Of a stretch of 64,000 bases of DNA, positions 1 to 9,475 are shown piece after piece; positions within the stretch are counted from its first letter, which is position 1; the number at the start of each line of letters is the position of its first letter. The notes under the pieces were generated by a model. That model did no database searches. It saw nothing but the letters and a program-made list of their open reading frames with translations, and had not been told where the DNA came from. This DNA is from Alphaproteobacteria bacterium (GTDB lineage Bacteria > Pseudomonadota > Alphaproteobacteria > Micavibrionales > UBA2020). The stretch lies in the NCBI GenBank assembly GCA_025934695.1, contig JAICWS010000001.1, positions 151,301 to 215,300 on the forward strand. The letters run 5' to 3'. Both the position numbers and the translations under genes were made by a program.

Positions 1-320
1 GCGTCGGACAGTTGCGCAGGGGCTGCGGCGGGAATGAGGTTGATGCTGTCATCATCGGTCAGGCGGCTGAACAGCGTCAGCATTTCGACTGTGGTGGAAT
101 GGTCGATCGATTTGCCTGCCCCTGCAAAAGTCTGGAGCCATTTCAGCCCGCAGTCGAAAAGCGTTTCCGTGAGCTTCCGGCGTTCATCGACGTCGGCTGT
201 CTTATGCCCCATCAGCACGGAATATTTGGTGGTCAAAAGTTCGATGCTGACGTCGTCCTGGAGATACGCCTTCGCGGTGGCGTTGAACTCCTCGGCAAGC
301 TCGATAAACGGCTTTGGCAT
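1..320 (-). CDS. hypothetical protein, N-terminal part (gene runs off the window start)
   Basis: Minus-strand ATG at 318-320 preceded by GGAG (rc of 327-330). The frame stays open to position 1, so it is missing from the ORF track. Reads MPKPFIELAEEFNATAKAYLQDD...; no family recognised. Confidence 0.45.
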   Translation of the reverse strand, partial: MPKPFIELAEEFNATAKAYLQDDVSIELLTTKYSVLMGHKTADVDERRKLTETLFDCGLKWLQTFAGAGKSIDHSTTVEMLTLFSRLTDDDSINLIPAAAPAQLSD

Positions 321-346
321 AATTTTCTCCGGCTGATCGAGTAAGC

Positions 347-374
347 ATAATACTATTGAGAAAACTTATGTCAA
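347..374 (-). promoter_or_regulatory. sigma70-type promoter for the 1-320 gene
   Basis: -35 TTGACA (rc 369-374), 16-nt spacer, -10 TATTAT (rc 347-352). Confidence 0.45.
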
Positions 375-536
375 CGGCGTGAAAAACCGAATATTTTACA
401 GATTATACGGAGGCATCGGATTGTTTTCTGAGAGGGATGGTAATCCAAGCATTCGCTTTCCTTCATTTTTTTCACCAGTCGGCTATATTGAGGCTCTGCA
501 TTCGGTCCACGTCAGGCATTAATGGGCGATAGAAAA

Positions 537-1490
537 ATGAAACTGATCTCCTGCACGAGCAATCAGCCGCTGGCTGAGGCGATTTCGGCGTATCTCGGCA
601 TCCCGCTGACCGAAGCCAACGTCAAGCGTTTCGCCGACCAGGAGATCTATCTCGAGGTCCTCGACAATGTGCGCGGCGAAGACGTCTTCGTCATCCAGTC
701 GACGTGCTATCCGGCCAACGACCATCTCATGGAACTGCTGATCATGATCGACGCGCTGCGCCGCGGCTCGGCCAAGCGCATCACGGCGGTCATGCCGTAT
801 TTCGGCTATGCGCGCCAGGACCGCAAGACGGGCCCGCGCTCGCCCATTTCCGCGAAGCTTGTCGCCAACCTTATCACCGAAGCCGGCGCGAACCGCGTTC
901 TGACGATGGATCTCCACGCCGGCCAGATCCAGGGCTTTTTCGACATTCCCGTCGACAATCTTTTCGCCAGCGCGCCGGTGTTCGTGCCTTACATCAGCAA
1001 GGTCAAGAAGAGCGATAAGATCACCGTCGTTTCCCCGGACGTCGGCGGCGTGGTGCGCGCGCGCGCTTTCGCCAAGCGTCTCGATGCCGGTCTTGCCATC
1101 ATCGACAAGCGGCGCGAAAAAGCAGGCATCTCGGAAGTCATGCATGTGATCGGCGAGGTGGAAGGGCATGAATGCGTCCTGATCGACGACATGGTCGACA
1201 GCGCGGGCACCATCTGCAACGCCGCCGTCGCACTGATGGAACATGGCGCGACCTCGGTGCGCGCCGTCGCTTCGCATGGTGTCTTCTCCGGCTCGGCCGT
1301 CGACCGCATCACCAAGTCGCCGATGACCGAAATGGTCGTCACCGACAGCATTCCCGCCAATGAAAAGACCAAGGCCTGCCAGAAGATCAAGTATCTTCCG
1401 ATCGCGGCCCTGTTCGGCGAGGCGATTCTGCGCATTTCGGAAGAGCGCTCGGTCTCGACGCTGTTCGACAGCGTGCCGGCGAGCGGGTAA
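537..1490 (+). CDS. prs: ribose-phosphate pyrophosphokinase
   Basis: ORF 522-1490. Prs hallmarks [11 protein letters not shown] and PRPP loop [15 protein letters not shown] 537 preferred because Prs orthologues start MKL. Confidence 0.93.
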   Translation: MKLISCTSNQPLAEAISAYLGIPLTEANVKRFADQEIYLEVLDNVRGEDVFVIQSTCYPANDHLMELLIMIDALRRGSAKRITAVMPYFGYARQDRKTGPRSPISAKLVANLITEAGANRVLTMDLHAGQIQGFFDIPVDNLFASAPVFVPYISKVKKSDKITVVSPDVGGVVRARAFAKRLDAGLAIIDKRREKAGISEVMHVIGEVEGHECVLIDDMVDSAGTICNAAVALMEHGATSVRAVASHGVFSGSAVDRITKSPMTEMVVTDSIPANEKTKACQKIKYLPIAALFGEAILRISEERSVSTLFDSVPASG

Positions 1491-1510
1491 GCCGAATTCT
1501 CATTATCTAT

Positions 1511-1539
1511 TTGACATAATAACAAGAATAGCATAAAGT
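1511..1539 (+). promoter_or_regulatory. sigma70-type promoter
   Basis: TTGACA (1511-1516), 17-nt spacer, TAAAGT (1534-1539), upstream of the 1673 gene. Confidence 0.4.
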
Positions 1540-1672
1540 GTTGCCCAAGCAGTGGGTATCTCTGCGGCCCGGGCGTGTTTAGCGTTTCCCGTCCAGTCCG
1601 ATCAGCCCGACCTGTAAAACAAGCTGAAAATTTGTCCTTTGTTTGCGTACCGAACGTGCGAAAGGAAACGCC

Positions 1673-2173
1673 ATGAAGAAAAAGCTTTCCGACGACGACA
1701 TCATTGCGCGTGGGCCCGTGCCGGAAAAGCATGGGCTGCTGGGTATTTTGACAGTGACGCTAATCGCTGCCGTGCCGTTTATTTTCGGCGCGGGCTTCGC
1801 GATCGGCGGCCTGGTTGGCGCGGGACTCAGCCTGTGGGCCGGCGCCGGCGCGGCGGAGTTCGTCGCCAGCGCCGCGATGGGCATGATGTGGGGAGGCATT
1901 CTGTCCGTTGCCGGCGTTTTTGGCGTTGGTGTTGCCCTTGGCTACGCGGATGAGCGCTACGAAAAGAAGGCGCAGGCGATAAACGGCGCCTATGCGGAGG
2001 CGCTCAAACTGCAGAGCGCGGCGAAGCAGCCGGCCGCCGCGTCTCAACCGGTGCCGGCGGCTTTGCCAACGGGCGCCGCCGAGGATTTTGCGAGCGCCAG
2101 TAAAACCGTCGCTTCACCCGCGCAGGCAGCCTTGCGAAAGCCGCCGCAGGTTATCCCGCCGCGCGCGGCCTGA
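1673..2173 (+). CDS. hypothetical membrane protein (Gly/Ala-rich hydrophobic core, Ala/Pro-rich tail)
   Basis: ATG 1673 follows AAGGAAA. About 100 aa of Gly/Ala-rich hydrophobic sequence, then a low-complexity tail. No family recognised. Confidence 0.55.
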   Translation: MKKKLSDDDIIARGPVPEKHGLLGILTVTLIAAVPFIFGAGFAIGGLVGAGLSLWAGAGAAEFVASAAMGMMWGGILSVAGVFGVGVALGYADERYEKKAQAINGAYAEALKLQSAAKQPAAASQPVPAALPTGAAEDFASASKTVASPAQAALRKPPQVIPPRAA

Positions 2174-2186
2174 AAACGAAATCTTT

Positions 2187-2816
2187 TTAAAAATGCCCCT
2201 TCGCCGCCTGATGGAGGATATCCTTCAGGTGCACGTTATCCTTTTCGGCGGCGCAATGCTCGATCAGCGCGGCGAGGCGCTTCGCACCCTTTTTTTCATC
2301 GCGATGCAGGTGGTTCTCGCGCTGGTTATAATCGATCGCATTCGCGCCGTAGGTGCAGCCATCCGGCGTGCGCCTGCAGCAGAACATGAGCATCGTCCAT
2401 ATGAGCGGCTCCGCCCAAAAAGCCACCGCCGGCGGCCGAAAGGTGACCATGCAGGTCGTCCCTTCGCGATAGCCTTTCGTTCGATCCAGTTCCTCCGCCT
2501 TCACGATCTCCTGCCATGGCACAAGCCCGAGACCGCCGAGCCAGAGCCCTTCCGCGTAAAAGGCGAGCACCGGCTTGTGCGACAACACGCGGTACGCCAT
2601 CGGCGATGCGACGAGAAGCAGGCCGCCCACATAGTTCAGCAACATCCCGGTTTCGACGGGCAACCGGCCATAGGCAAGCCAGAACCAGGCGATGGCGAGG
2701 AGGGCCGGCACGCCGATGATCATGAGCGGCGCCAGGGCGGGCGTCGTCCACATCGTGTATTCGCAGCGGAGGTAGCATTCCGAGGACGGCGGTTGTTTCT
2801 GGATGCGATATGTCAC
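2187..2816 (-). CDS. hypothetical membrane protein
   Basis: 209-aa ORF with 2-3 N-terminal hydrophobic helices and a soluble C-terminal half. Lies 13 nt downstream of the response-regulator gene on the same strand. Start uncertain (Met1 or Met22). Confidence 0.5.
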   Translation of the reverse strand: MTYRIQKQPPSSECYLRCEYTMWTTPALAPLMIIGVPALLAIAWFWLAYGRLPVETGMLLNYVGGLLLVASPMAYRVLSHKPVLAFYAEGLWLGGLGLVPWQEIVKAEELDRTKGYREGTTCMVTFRPPAVAFWAEPLIWTMLMFCCRRTPDGCTYGANAIDYNQRENHLHRDEKKGAKRLAALIEHCAAEKDNVHLKDILHQAAKGHF

Positions 2817-2829
2817 GCGCGAAAAAAGA

Positions 2830-3252
2830 TCACACGCCTTTGCGGCGCTCGACCCATTCCAGCACCTTGTTGAGGTGGTCGGTCAGGTCGCTTTCGCTGC
2901 AGGGGCGCGGAATATAACCGTTCGCGCCTTCCTTCATGATTTCATTGATGGACGTCGGGTCGTTCTCGGTGGAGGTGAGGACGATGGCGACGTTCTCATA
3001 GGCGGGATCCTGGCGGCAGGCCTTCAGCAGGTCGAGGCCCGTGCCATTGGGCATTTTCCAGCCGGTGATGATGATGTCATAGGTTGTCGCCTGCATTTTT
3101 TCGACGGCGGGAATGACGCCCTGCGCCTGGTCGATCTTGGCGAACCCCAGGCCGCTCAGCGTGCGCTCGAGCTGGCTGCGGCTGGCGCGCATGTCGTCGA
3201 TCAGCAGCACCTTGAGATCGGGGACTTTCAGGTTGGTTCTGAGTTGCGGCAT
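2830..3252 (-). CDS. CheY-like single-domain receiver protein lacking the phospho-acceptor Asp
   Basis: Aligns gap-free with CheY. The DD pair (LLIDDM) and the Thr87 equivalent are present. The acceptor site reads ITGWKMP versus CheY ISDWNMP (Asp to Gly), and the Lys109 position is Arg (YIPRP). Confidence 0.8.
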   Translation of the reverse strand: MPQLRTNLKVPDLKVLLIDDMRASRSQLERTLSGLGFAKIDQAQGVIPAVEKMQATTYDIIITGWKMPNGTGLDLLKACRQDPAYENVAIVLTSTENDPTSINEIMKEGANGYIPRPCSESDLTDHLNKVLEWVERRKGV

Positions 3253-3357
3253 GGCGTGACACTTTCTCGTCCGGATGGAGAAGCGGGTAGATAGTTCATA
3301 ATATCATCATGTCCGGGCCTTGCGGTCAAATTCTTGGTGGAGGCGTAATCCGGAAAA

Positions 3358-4629
3358 TTATTCAGTCAGGATCACTTTGCCGTTGCCGATGTCCTTTGTG
3401 CCAAGACCGCTGCAGCTGTCGCCGACTGAGGGATTGCCGTGGAAGGTGATTGTTTTGGCGATGATCTTGGAGCAGTTCGAGGCCGTGAAGCCGGTGTTTC
3501 CCCCGTAATCGAGCGAGCGCGAGGGCGTGTAGAAGACGCCCGTGAATTCCGTCGAACTGTTCCCGGTGAGCGTATTGCCAGTGGAGGAGGCGGGCGCATC
3601 GCGGTCCTGGTAGACGACGATGCCCGCGTAATCTCCGGTTGTCGGCGCGGTCAGATAGGTCGAGACGTTTCCGCTTAAGGAAATGTTGCCATAGGTGCCG
3701 TAAGATGAGCCGCCGCTGTTGGTCAGGATAATCGTCACGTTCTGGCCCGTGATGGTCAGGTTCCCGCTGCCCGAGAAGCTGCCGCCGTCGAGGATGTAAG
3801 TGCCGGGTGCCATGTTGAGAGTCGTGTTGCCTGACAGCGAGATTCCGCCGCAATAGACGCCCGGCGAAATATTATGCGTACCGTTGCCGTTGAACTTCGT
3901 CGGGCCCGCCGCCTGCTGCGACGGGGTGCAGCTCGTATAGGAATCGATGCTGAGGCTGGCGTAAGGATCCGTCACCGCGCGGCCATTCGTCGTCAGGCTG
4001 GAATAATTGAAGCTGACGTTGCCGACGTCGGAATAGTTGCCGACGAGGTTCACCGCGCCTACTGTCACGTCGACGTTCCCGTTCATATAGAACGCCGTGC
4101 TGCTGTTGGAATTGTCGGCCACGCCGCAGGTCGTGTCGATGTTCACGTTGCCCGAGGTTTTGATGGCTTGCGACGCAGACGGGTCCAGGCTCAGGAAGCA
4201 ATAGGGCCCGCCGCTTTGCTCGCCGGCCGTCGCCGAAGCCTGCGCGATGGGTTCGACGCTCGTGAACAGGGCGCCAAACATCGTATTCAGTTTCTCGGTC
4301 AGCGCCGCCTTGACGGAGGGCCGCCCGTTCGAATCCGTCGAGAAGGTGAAATCGATCGTGTTGCTACTGTTATAGACCCAGCCGTTGTCTTCGGCGGCGC
4401 GGGTGCCGGAATCCTCCGCCTGGTATTGCGAGCGCCCGTTGACCATGTCGAAGGTGGCAGACAGCGCGGCCGCGTCCGCCGCGGTCTGGAGTTTTCTTTG
4501 CTGCATCATCCAGACGCTCAAATCGACGCCGAGCGCGCACATGCCGAGGATGACCGGAAGAAGAAGTGCGAAAACCACGGCGACCGAGCCGCTTTCCGCG
4601 CTGGCGAAGCACCTGGCTTTGATACCCAC
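3358..4629 (-). CDS. TadG-like (Flp-pilus-assembly TadE/G-like N-terminus) protein with Gly/Asn/Ser/Thr-rich repeats
   Basis: The N-terminus SGSVAVVFALLLPVILGMCALGVDLSVWMMQQRKLQTAADAAALSA matches the TadE/TadG-like motif. The remainder is repetitive GN/SG-rich sequence suggestive of a beta-helix. Confidence 0.6.
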   Translation of the reverse strand: MGIKARCFASAESGSVAVVFALLLPVILGMCALGVDLSVWMMQQRKLQTAADAAALSATFDMVNGRSQYQAEDSGTRAAEDNGWVYNSSNTIDFTFSTDSNGRPSVKAALTEKLNTMFGALFTSVEPIAQASATAGEQSGGPYCFLSLDPSASQAIKTSGNVNIDTTCGVADNSNSSTAFYMNGNVDVTVGAVNLVGNYSDVGNVSFNYSSLTTNGRAVTDPYASLSIDSYTSCTPSQQAAGPTKFNGNGTHNISPGVYCGGISLSGNTTLNMAPGTYILDGGSFSGSGNLTITGQNVTIILTNSGGSSYGTYGNISLSGNVSTYLTAPTTGDYAGIVVYQDRDAPASSTGNTLTGNSSTEFTGVFYTPSRSLDYGGNTGFTASNCSKIIAKTITFHGNPSVGDSCSGLGTKDIGNGKVILTE

Positions 4630-4921
4630 GACGTTGCCCCCCTGACTGGCGTTGCGTTGGTAGTGATCCGTTCCGTGCTGATAGTTCCAGTCTCGCCGAT
4701 TCGTCTTGAAAATGAGTTGAAAATGAGAAGGGGTTATTTAAAGTTTTATCAGTGGTTTAGCCAATGTCTGTGCAACTTCCGTGTTGCGGCATGATGGGGG
4801 ATGCACTTCCAAGTTGTTCAAAACGGGCCATTCCTGCATGCAGTAATACCCAGGAAGGGTGATGAAACTGCTGTAACGGTCTTGCGTTTGTCGTCTCGGA
4901 CAATTTCCAACAGGGCAGACC

Positions 4922-5374
4922 ATGGAACTCCACAGCAATTCCTTCAAGGCGGGGGCGAAGATACCGTCGAAGTTTACATGCGAAGGCGACGACACATCGC
5001 CCCATCTGTCATGGTTTGATGCGCCCAAGCGAACGCGCAGTTTCGCTGTCATCGTCGAGGATCCTGATGCGCCGAAGGGTATCTACACGCATTGGGTCGC
5101 TTACAATATTCCTCCAGACAAAGTCGAATTGAAGGAGGGTGCCGGAAACAATCCGGAAGACCATATACAGGGCCGGAACGATTTTGGCCAATTGCATTAC
5201 GGCGGCCCATGCCCGCCGCCGGGACATGGAGACCATCGTTACTTCTTTCACATTTTTGCGCTCGACAAGCTCCTCGACGTTCCAGCGGGGGCGAGCAAGG
5301 AAGAGGTCGAAAAGGCGATGAAGAACCACATCATCGACCATGCGCAGATCATGGGGAGGTTCGGACGGTTCTAG
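4922..5374 (+). CDS. YbhB/YbcL-family (PEBP, Raf-kinase-inhibitor-like) protein
   Basis: 150 aa. Motifs VEDPDAP, YTHWVAYNIP and GPCPPPGHGDHRYFFHIFALD are typical of bacterial PEBP. Confidence 0.85.
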   Translation: MELHSNSFKAGAKIPSKFTCEGDDTSPHLSWFDAPKRTRSFAVIVEDPDAPKGIYTHWVAYNIPPDKVELKEGAGNNPEDHIQGRNDFGQLHYGGPCPPPGHGDHRYFFHIFALDKLLDVPAGASKEEVEKAMKNHIIDHAQIMGRFGRF

Positions 5375-5571
5375 GCTGGTGGGAGTATCAATTTGAAATT
5401 ACTGATTGAATCCCAATTTTTGATCCGCGACTGGCGCTGCCCGTAAACCGTGCCCATAATCCAGAATCTTCTTGATTTTTGAGCAGTTTCCGCTATTTAT
5501 AGCCATTCCTGAAAGCAGCACCCCTGGAGGCTGGATCAGGAAGTTTAACAACTCATACAAGGATTATTACG

Positions 5572-6351
5572 ATGTCTAAAAACAAAACAGCGCTCGCGGC
5601 AGAAGCACGCGCGAAGGCCGGTAAGGGGGCCGCCCGTGCAGTACGCCGTTCTGGTAAGGTGCCAGGCGTGGTCTATGGCGACAACAAAGAACCCCTTCTG
5701 ATCTCCCTGTCGGACAAGGAACTCCGCATGGCGATGGGCAAAAAAGGCTTCTTCACCAGCCTTTGCGACCTCTCCATCGACGGCAAGCCTCATCTCGTCC
5801 TGCCGCGCGACGTTCAGGTCGACCCCGTATTTGACCGCCCCGAGCATGCAGACTTCCTGCGCGTCTCCGAGAAGACGATCATCCGCGTCCATGTGCCCGT
5901 GCGCGTCACGAACGAAAAAGCCAGCCCCGGCCTCGTCAAGGGCGGCGTGTTGAACCTCGTTCGCCACGAAATCGACGTGTATTGCAAAGCGACCGAGATC
6001 CCGAACGAATTCGTCGCCGACCTGACAGGTCTCGATGTCGGCCGCACGCTGCACATCTCCGACCTTAAGCTGCCCGAAGGCGTCAAGCCCGCCGTTCAGG
6101 GCAACTTCACCGTCATCACCATCGTCGCTCCGTCGGCTCTCAAGTCCGACGAAGAAGCCGCAGCAACCGCTGCTGCTCCGGGTGCGGAAGGTGCTGCTCC
6201 GGCGGAAGGCGCTGCTGCTCCCGCGGCTGGCGCTGCTCCGGCTGCCGGCGCTGCTGCTCCGGCGAAAGGTGCGGCTCCGGCCGCTGCTCCGGCGAAGGGC
6301 GCGGCTGCCGCAGCCCCCGCCAAAGGCGGCGACAAGGGTGGCAAGAAGTAA
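5572..6351 (+). CDS. rplY: 50S ribosomal protein L25 / general stress protein Ctc
   Basis: N-terminal RRSGKVPGVVYG... L25/Ctc domain, followed by a roughly 70-aa Ala/Pro/Gly/Lys-rich tail. Sits in the conserved position before pth. Confidence 0.9.
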   Translation: MSKNKTALAAEARAKAGKGAARAVRRSGKVPGVVYGDNKEPLLISLSDKELRMAMGKKGFFTSLCDLSIDGKPHLVLPRDVQVDPVFDRPEHADFLRVSEKTIIRVHVPVRVTNEKASPGLVKGGVLNLVRHEIDVYCKATEIPNEFVADLTGLDVGRTLHISDLKLPEGVKPAVQGNFTVITIVAPSALKSDEEAAATAAAPGAEGAAPAEGAAAPAAGAAPAAGAAAPAKGAAPAAAPAKGAAAAAPAKGGDKGGKK

Positions 6352-6376
6352 CTTTCACCTTTAAAGGCGGCTTAAC

Positions 6377-6964
6377 ATGCGGCTTTTCGTCGGATTGGGT
6401 AACCCCGGACCGAAGCATGCAATGAACCGCCACAATATCGGATTTATGGCGCTGGATGTCATACACCAGCGCCATAAATTTTCTCCGTGGTCGCAGAAGT
6501 TCCAGGGGCTCGTTTCCGACGGGATTATCGAGAACGAGAAGATCATCCTGCTCAAGCCCCAGACCTTCATGAACGTCTCCGGCCAGTCGGTCTATCCCTG
6601 CTCGTTTTTCTACAAGCTCAAGCCGGAAGAGATCGTGGTGTTCCATGACGAGCTCGACCTCGCGCCCGGCAAGATCCGCGTGAAGAAGGGCGGGGGGAGC
6701 GCAGGGCACAACGGCCTGAAGTCGATCGAGCAGAACCTCGGCCCCGAATTCTGGCGGGTGCGCCTCGGCATCGGGCGCACCGTGCCGGAAGATATCTCGC
6801 GCTACGTGCTGGGAGATTTCGTGCAATCCGAGGGCAAATGGCTGTTTCCCCTGCTGGCGGGCGTCGGCGAATATGCGCCGCTGATCGTCAAGGGCGACAT
6901 GGACGCCTATATGAGCAAGGTCGCGGCCAACGTGCCAGCCGAGGAAAAGCCGACAATCAACTAG
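6377..6964 (+). CDS. pth: peptidyl-tRNA hydrolase
   Basis: MRLFVGLGNPG...TRHNIGF-like motif (NRHNIGF) and HNGLKS motif. Confidence 0.93.
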   Translation: MRLFVGLGNPGPKHAMNRHNIGFMALDVIHQRHKFSPWSQKFQGLVSDGIIENEKIILLKPQTFMNVSGQSVYPCSFFYKLKPEEIVVFHDELDLAPGKIRVKKGGGSAGHNGLKSIEQNLGPEFWRVRLGIGRTVPEDISRYVLGDFVQSEGKWLFPLLAGVGEYAPLIVKGDMDAYMSKVAANVPAEEKPTIN

Positions 6965-6976
6965 GGAAAAGAGAAA

Positions 6977-8080
6977 ATGGGATTCAATTGCGGTATCGTC
7001 GGCCTACCGAACGTCGGCAAGTCGACGCTCTTCAACGCGCTCACGGCGACGGCGGCGGCGCAGGCGGCGAATTATCCGTTCTGCACGATCGAGCCCAACG
7101 TCGGCCGCGTGGCCGTGCCGGATGATCGCCTGAACGAACTCGCGCGCGTCGGGAAGTCGCAGAACATCATCCCGACCCAGCTGGAATTCGTGGATATCGC
7201 CGGACTCGTTCGCGGCGCCTCGAAGGGCGAGGGCCTCGGCAACCAGTTCCTCGCCAACATCCGCGAAACCGACGCCGTGCTGCATGTGCTGCGCTGTTTC
7301 GAGGACGAGAACATCACGCACGTCGAGAACGGCGTCGATCCCATCCGCGACAAGGAAATCATCGACACGGAACTGATGATCTCCGACCTCGAAAACCTGG
7401 AGAAACGCATCGAGCCCATCCGCAAGAAGGCCAAGGGCGGCGACAAGGACGCGATCATGCAGGCGAGCGTCATGGACAAATGCCTGGAAGCGCTCAAAGC
7501 CGGCAAGCCCGCGCGCACGGTGAAGCTCAACCTCGAAGACGAGGTCAAATATTTCCACCAGTTGCAGCTGCTGACCTCGAAGCCCGTGCTGTACGTCTGC
7601 AACGTTCTCGAAAAGGACGCCGAGAAAGGCAACGCCTGGACTGAGAAAGTCGCGGCGATGGCGAAGGCCGAGAACGCCCAGCACGTCGTCATCTGCGCGG
7701 CTATCGAGGCTGAAATCGCGCAGCTCGGCACCGAAGAGGAGAAGAAGGAATTCCTGTCTTCCATCGGCCTGACCGAACCTGGCCTGAACCGCGTTATCCG
7801 CGCGGGCTACAAGCTCCTCGACCTCATTACCTTCTTCACGGTTGGCCCGAAAGAAGCGCGGGCCTGGACCGTGCGCCGCAACGCGCGCGCCCCGCAGGCC
7901 GCCGGCGTCATCCACACCGACTTCGAGCGCGGATTCATCCGCGCCGAAACCATCGACTTCAGCGACTATATCACCCTCGGCGGCGAAGTCCCCGCCAAGG
8001 AAGCCGGCAAGATGCGCCAGGAAGGCAAGGAATATGTCGTGAAGGACGGGGATATCATGCTGTTCAGATTTAACGTCTAA
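6977..8080 (+). CDS. ychF: redox-regulated ribosome-binding ATPase YchF
   Basis: G1 GLPNVGKST, DIAGLV and the C-terminal TGS region GFIRAE. 367 aa. Confidence 0.95.
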   Translation: MGFNCGIVGLPNVGKSTLFNALTATAAAQAANYPFCTIEPNVGRVAVPDDRLNELARVGKSQNIIPTQLEFVDIAGLVRGASKGEGLGNQFLANIRETDAVLHVLRCFEDENITHVENGVDPIRDKEIIDTELMISDLENLEKRIEPIRKKAKGGDKDAIMQASVMDKCLEALKAGKPARTVKLNLEDEVKYFHQLQLLTSKPVLYVCNVLEKDAEKGNAWTEKVAAMAKAENAQHVVICAAIEAEIAQLGTEEEKKEFLSSIGLTEPGLNRVIRAGYKLLDLITFFTVGPKEARAWTVRRNARAPQAAGVIHTDFERGFIRAETIDFSDYITLGGEVPAKEAGKMRQEGKEYVVKDGDIMLFRFNV

Positions 8081-8220
8081 TATCCCAATCCGGGCCACCC
8101 CGGCGAAGGCCTGGGTCCACGGACTGCTGATTTGCAATGTTAACCGTCGTCTAACTGTTCCATCTGAACCTTCATAGTCCGTGGGACCCGGCCTTCGCCG
8201 GAGTGGTGCCTAATGATATT
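8079..8220. repeat. MITE-like palindromic element (long imperfect inverted repeat)
   Basis: Core arms 8095-8125 (CCACCCCGGCGAAGGCCTGGGTCCACGGACT) and 8176-8208 (AGTCCGTGGGACCCGGCCTTCGCCGGAGTGGTG) are near-perfect reverse complements around a 50-nt loop. Outer AATATC/GATATT ends. Abuts the ychF stop codon. Confidence 0.6.
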
Positions 8221-8354
8221 CCGGTAAATAACCCACCCCCTTGCTTATGGAAGCAATCCGGCGTACACCTGACACAACGTTCATACATTTATTTGGAACA
8301 AGACCGCGCCCTGCCGCTTTGGGAGGCGCTGGAAGATTTTGAAAGAGGCCACCT

Positions 8355-8639
8355 ATGGTCCATCCCTTCAAGCCGAAAGCCCCGGCCGCCGCGCCGAACA
8401 GCTATGTCGTGTCGTCGAAAGGCGACTTCAACGCGATGCTGGAGGAAATCGCCGGCCTCGCGCTCCAGGAACACAAGACCGATATCTCCTGCAACGGCAT
8501 GCCCAATATCGGTACGGCCTTCGTCCAGTGCGACGCGGATTTCGCAGAGAAAATGAAACAGCTTCCCCATGTCAACCTTGTCGAGCCGGCCCGCTACCAG
8601 ATGCCGGGCGGCAAAATCGCGCCGAGCCCGAGACCTTAA
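8355..8639 (+). CDS. small protein with peptidase-inhibitor I9 (subtilisin-propeptide)-like pattern, copy 1
   Basis: 94 aa. SYVV...IGTAFVQCDADFAEKMKQLPHVNLVEP fits the I9 signature (YIV...GF.a.l....l..lP.V..VEpD). GAGG lies 6 nt before the ATG. No signal peptide. Confidence 0.5.
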   Translation: MVHPFKPKAPAAAPNSYVVSSKGDFNAMLEEIAGLALQEHKTDISCNGMPNIGTAFVQCDADFAEKMKQLPHVNLVEPARYQMPGGKIAPSPRP

Positions 8640-8645
8640 AAACCC

Positions 8646-8984
8646 ATGGCCAAGCCCAACCAGTCATCCATCGTGCCCGACAGCTATCTGGTGATGGCGA
8701 GGCGGCCGCGCCGGCCTAAGAAGGGCAAGCTGTCGGAAGTTTTCCCGGGCGAGACCGACGTCGCACAGTCTACCCGCAAAATGGTCGATGAAATCCGCAA
8801 GCTCGCCCGCAAGCACGGCGAAACGATTTTGATCGAGACCGGCAACCTTGCCGATATGGGCGTGGCTAAGCTCAAATGCGACCGGCATTTTGCCGATCTG
8901 GTCAAAAAGCTGCCCTGCGTTGCGCATGTCGAGCAGGAGCGCATGGTGTATCCGCCGAACAAGAATCCGAAGTTCAACCTGTGA
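8646..8984 (+). CDS. small protein with peptidase-inhibitor I9-like pattern, copy 2
   Basis: 112 aa. SYLV...MGVAKLKCDRHFADLVKKLPCVAHVEQE shows the same pattern as the upstream ORF. Starts 6 nt after its stop. Confidence 0.5.
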   Translation: MAKPNQSSIVPDSYLVMARRPRRPKKGKLSEVFPGETDVAQSTRKMVDEIRKLARKHGETILIETGNLADMGVAKLKCDRHFADLVKKLPCVAHVEQERMVYPPNKNPKFNL

Positions 8985-9475
8985 CTGACCGCATCAAATC
9001 CTTCAAAGAATTCTGGCCCTATTACCTGAAAGAACATTCCAAGCCCGCCACGCGCAAAATCCACGTCGCGGGCACGGCGGGCGCCATCGGGCTTATGGGC
9101 CTCGGCCTGGCCACGGGTCAGCTGTGGCTGCCGCTGGCCGGCATCGGCGTCGGTTACGGCTCCGCCTGGACAGCGCATGCCTTCGTTGAAAAGAACAAGC
9201 CTGCGACCTTCACCTATCCGCTCTGGTCGCTGATGGGCGACGTCAAGATGCTGGGCCATTGGGTTACCGGCACGCTGCAGAGGGAAGTCGACAGGCACCT
9301 GGGCCCTAAGCCGCCGGAGGCGCAGCAACCGTTGCCCGCGTCCACACCCGGCAAATCCTTCATGCAGCGGGTGAGGGGACTGAAGCAGCAGTTCGTCGAG
9401 GCCGTGACTTTTAAAAAGTCCGCACCCAAAGCGAAACCCGCGCCGAAATTTCAGCCGCCTGCGCCCAAGCCTTGA
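8981..9475 (+). CDS. Mpo1-like / DUF962-like membrane protein
   Basis: GTG 8981 overlaps the upstream stop (GTGA). EFWPYYLKEHSKPATRKIH..., two helices, then HAFVEKNKPATFTYPLWSLMGD resemble DUF962. The ORF-track start 8876 would overlap the previous gene. Confidence 0.5.
   Translation: MTDRIKSFKEFWPYYLKEHSKPATRKIHVAGTAGAIGLMGLGLATGQLWLPLAGIGVGYGSAWTAHAFVEKNKPATFTYPLWSLMGDVKMLGHWVTGTLQREVDRHLGPKPPEAQQPLPASTPGKSFMQRVRGLKQQFVEAVTFKKSAPKAKPAPKFQPPAPKP

Noticed and set aside
12-344. Plus-strand track ORFs 12-344 and 34-336 at the window start.
   Set aside because: They have no SD and an Arg/Gly-rich or Ser-rich composition. The opposite strand has an ATG with a GGAG SD and a promoter, and a more protein-like translation.
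6150-6345. Imperfect GCTGCTCCGGCG-type nucleotide repeats (also the ACC/ACG run at 58672-58712) as a CRISPR array or VNTR.
   Set aside because: They lie in frame inside genes and encode Ala/Pro/Lys-rich or poly-Thr low-complexity tails. There is no repeat-spacer organisation.
8203-8556. 117-aa ORF overlapping the first I9-like gene in another frame.
   Set aside because: It is Arg/Pro/Ser-rich with no SD. The 8355-8639 frame has an SD and a motif pattern shared with the adjacent paralogue.
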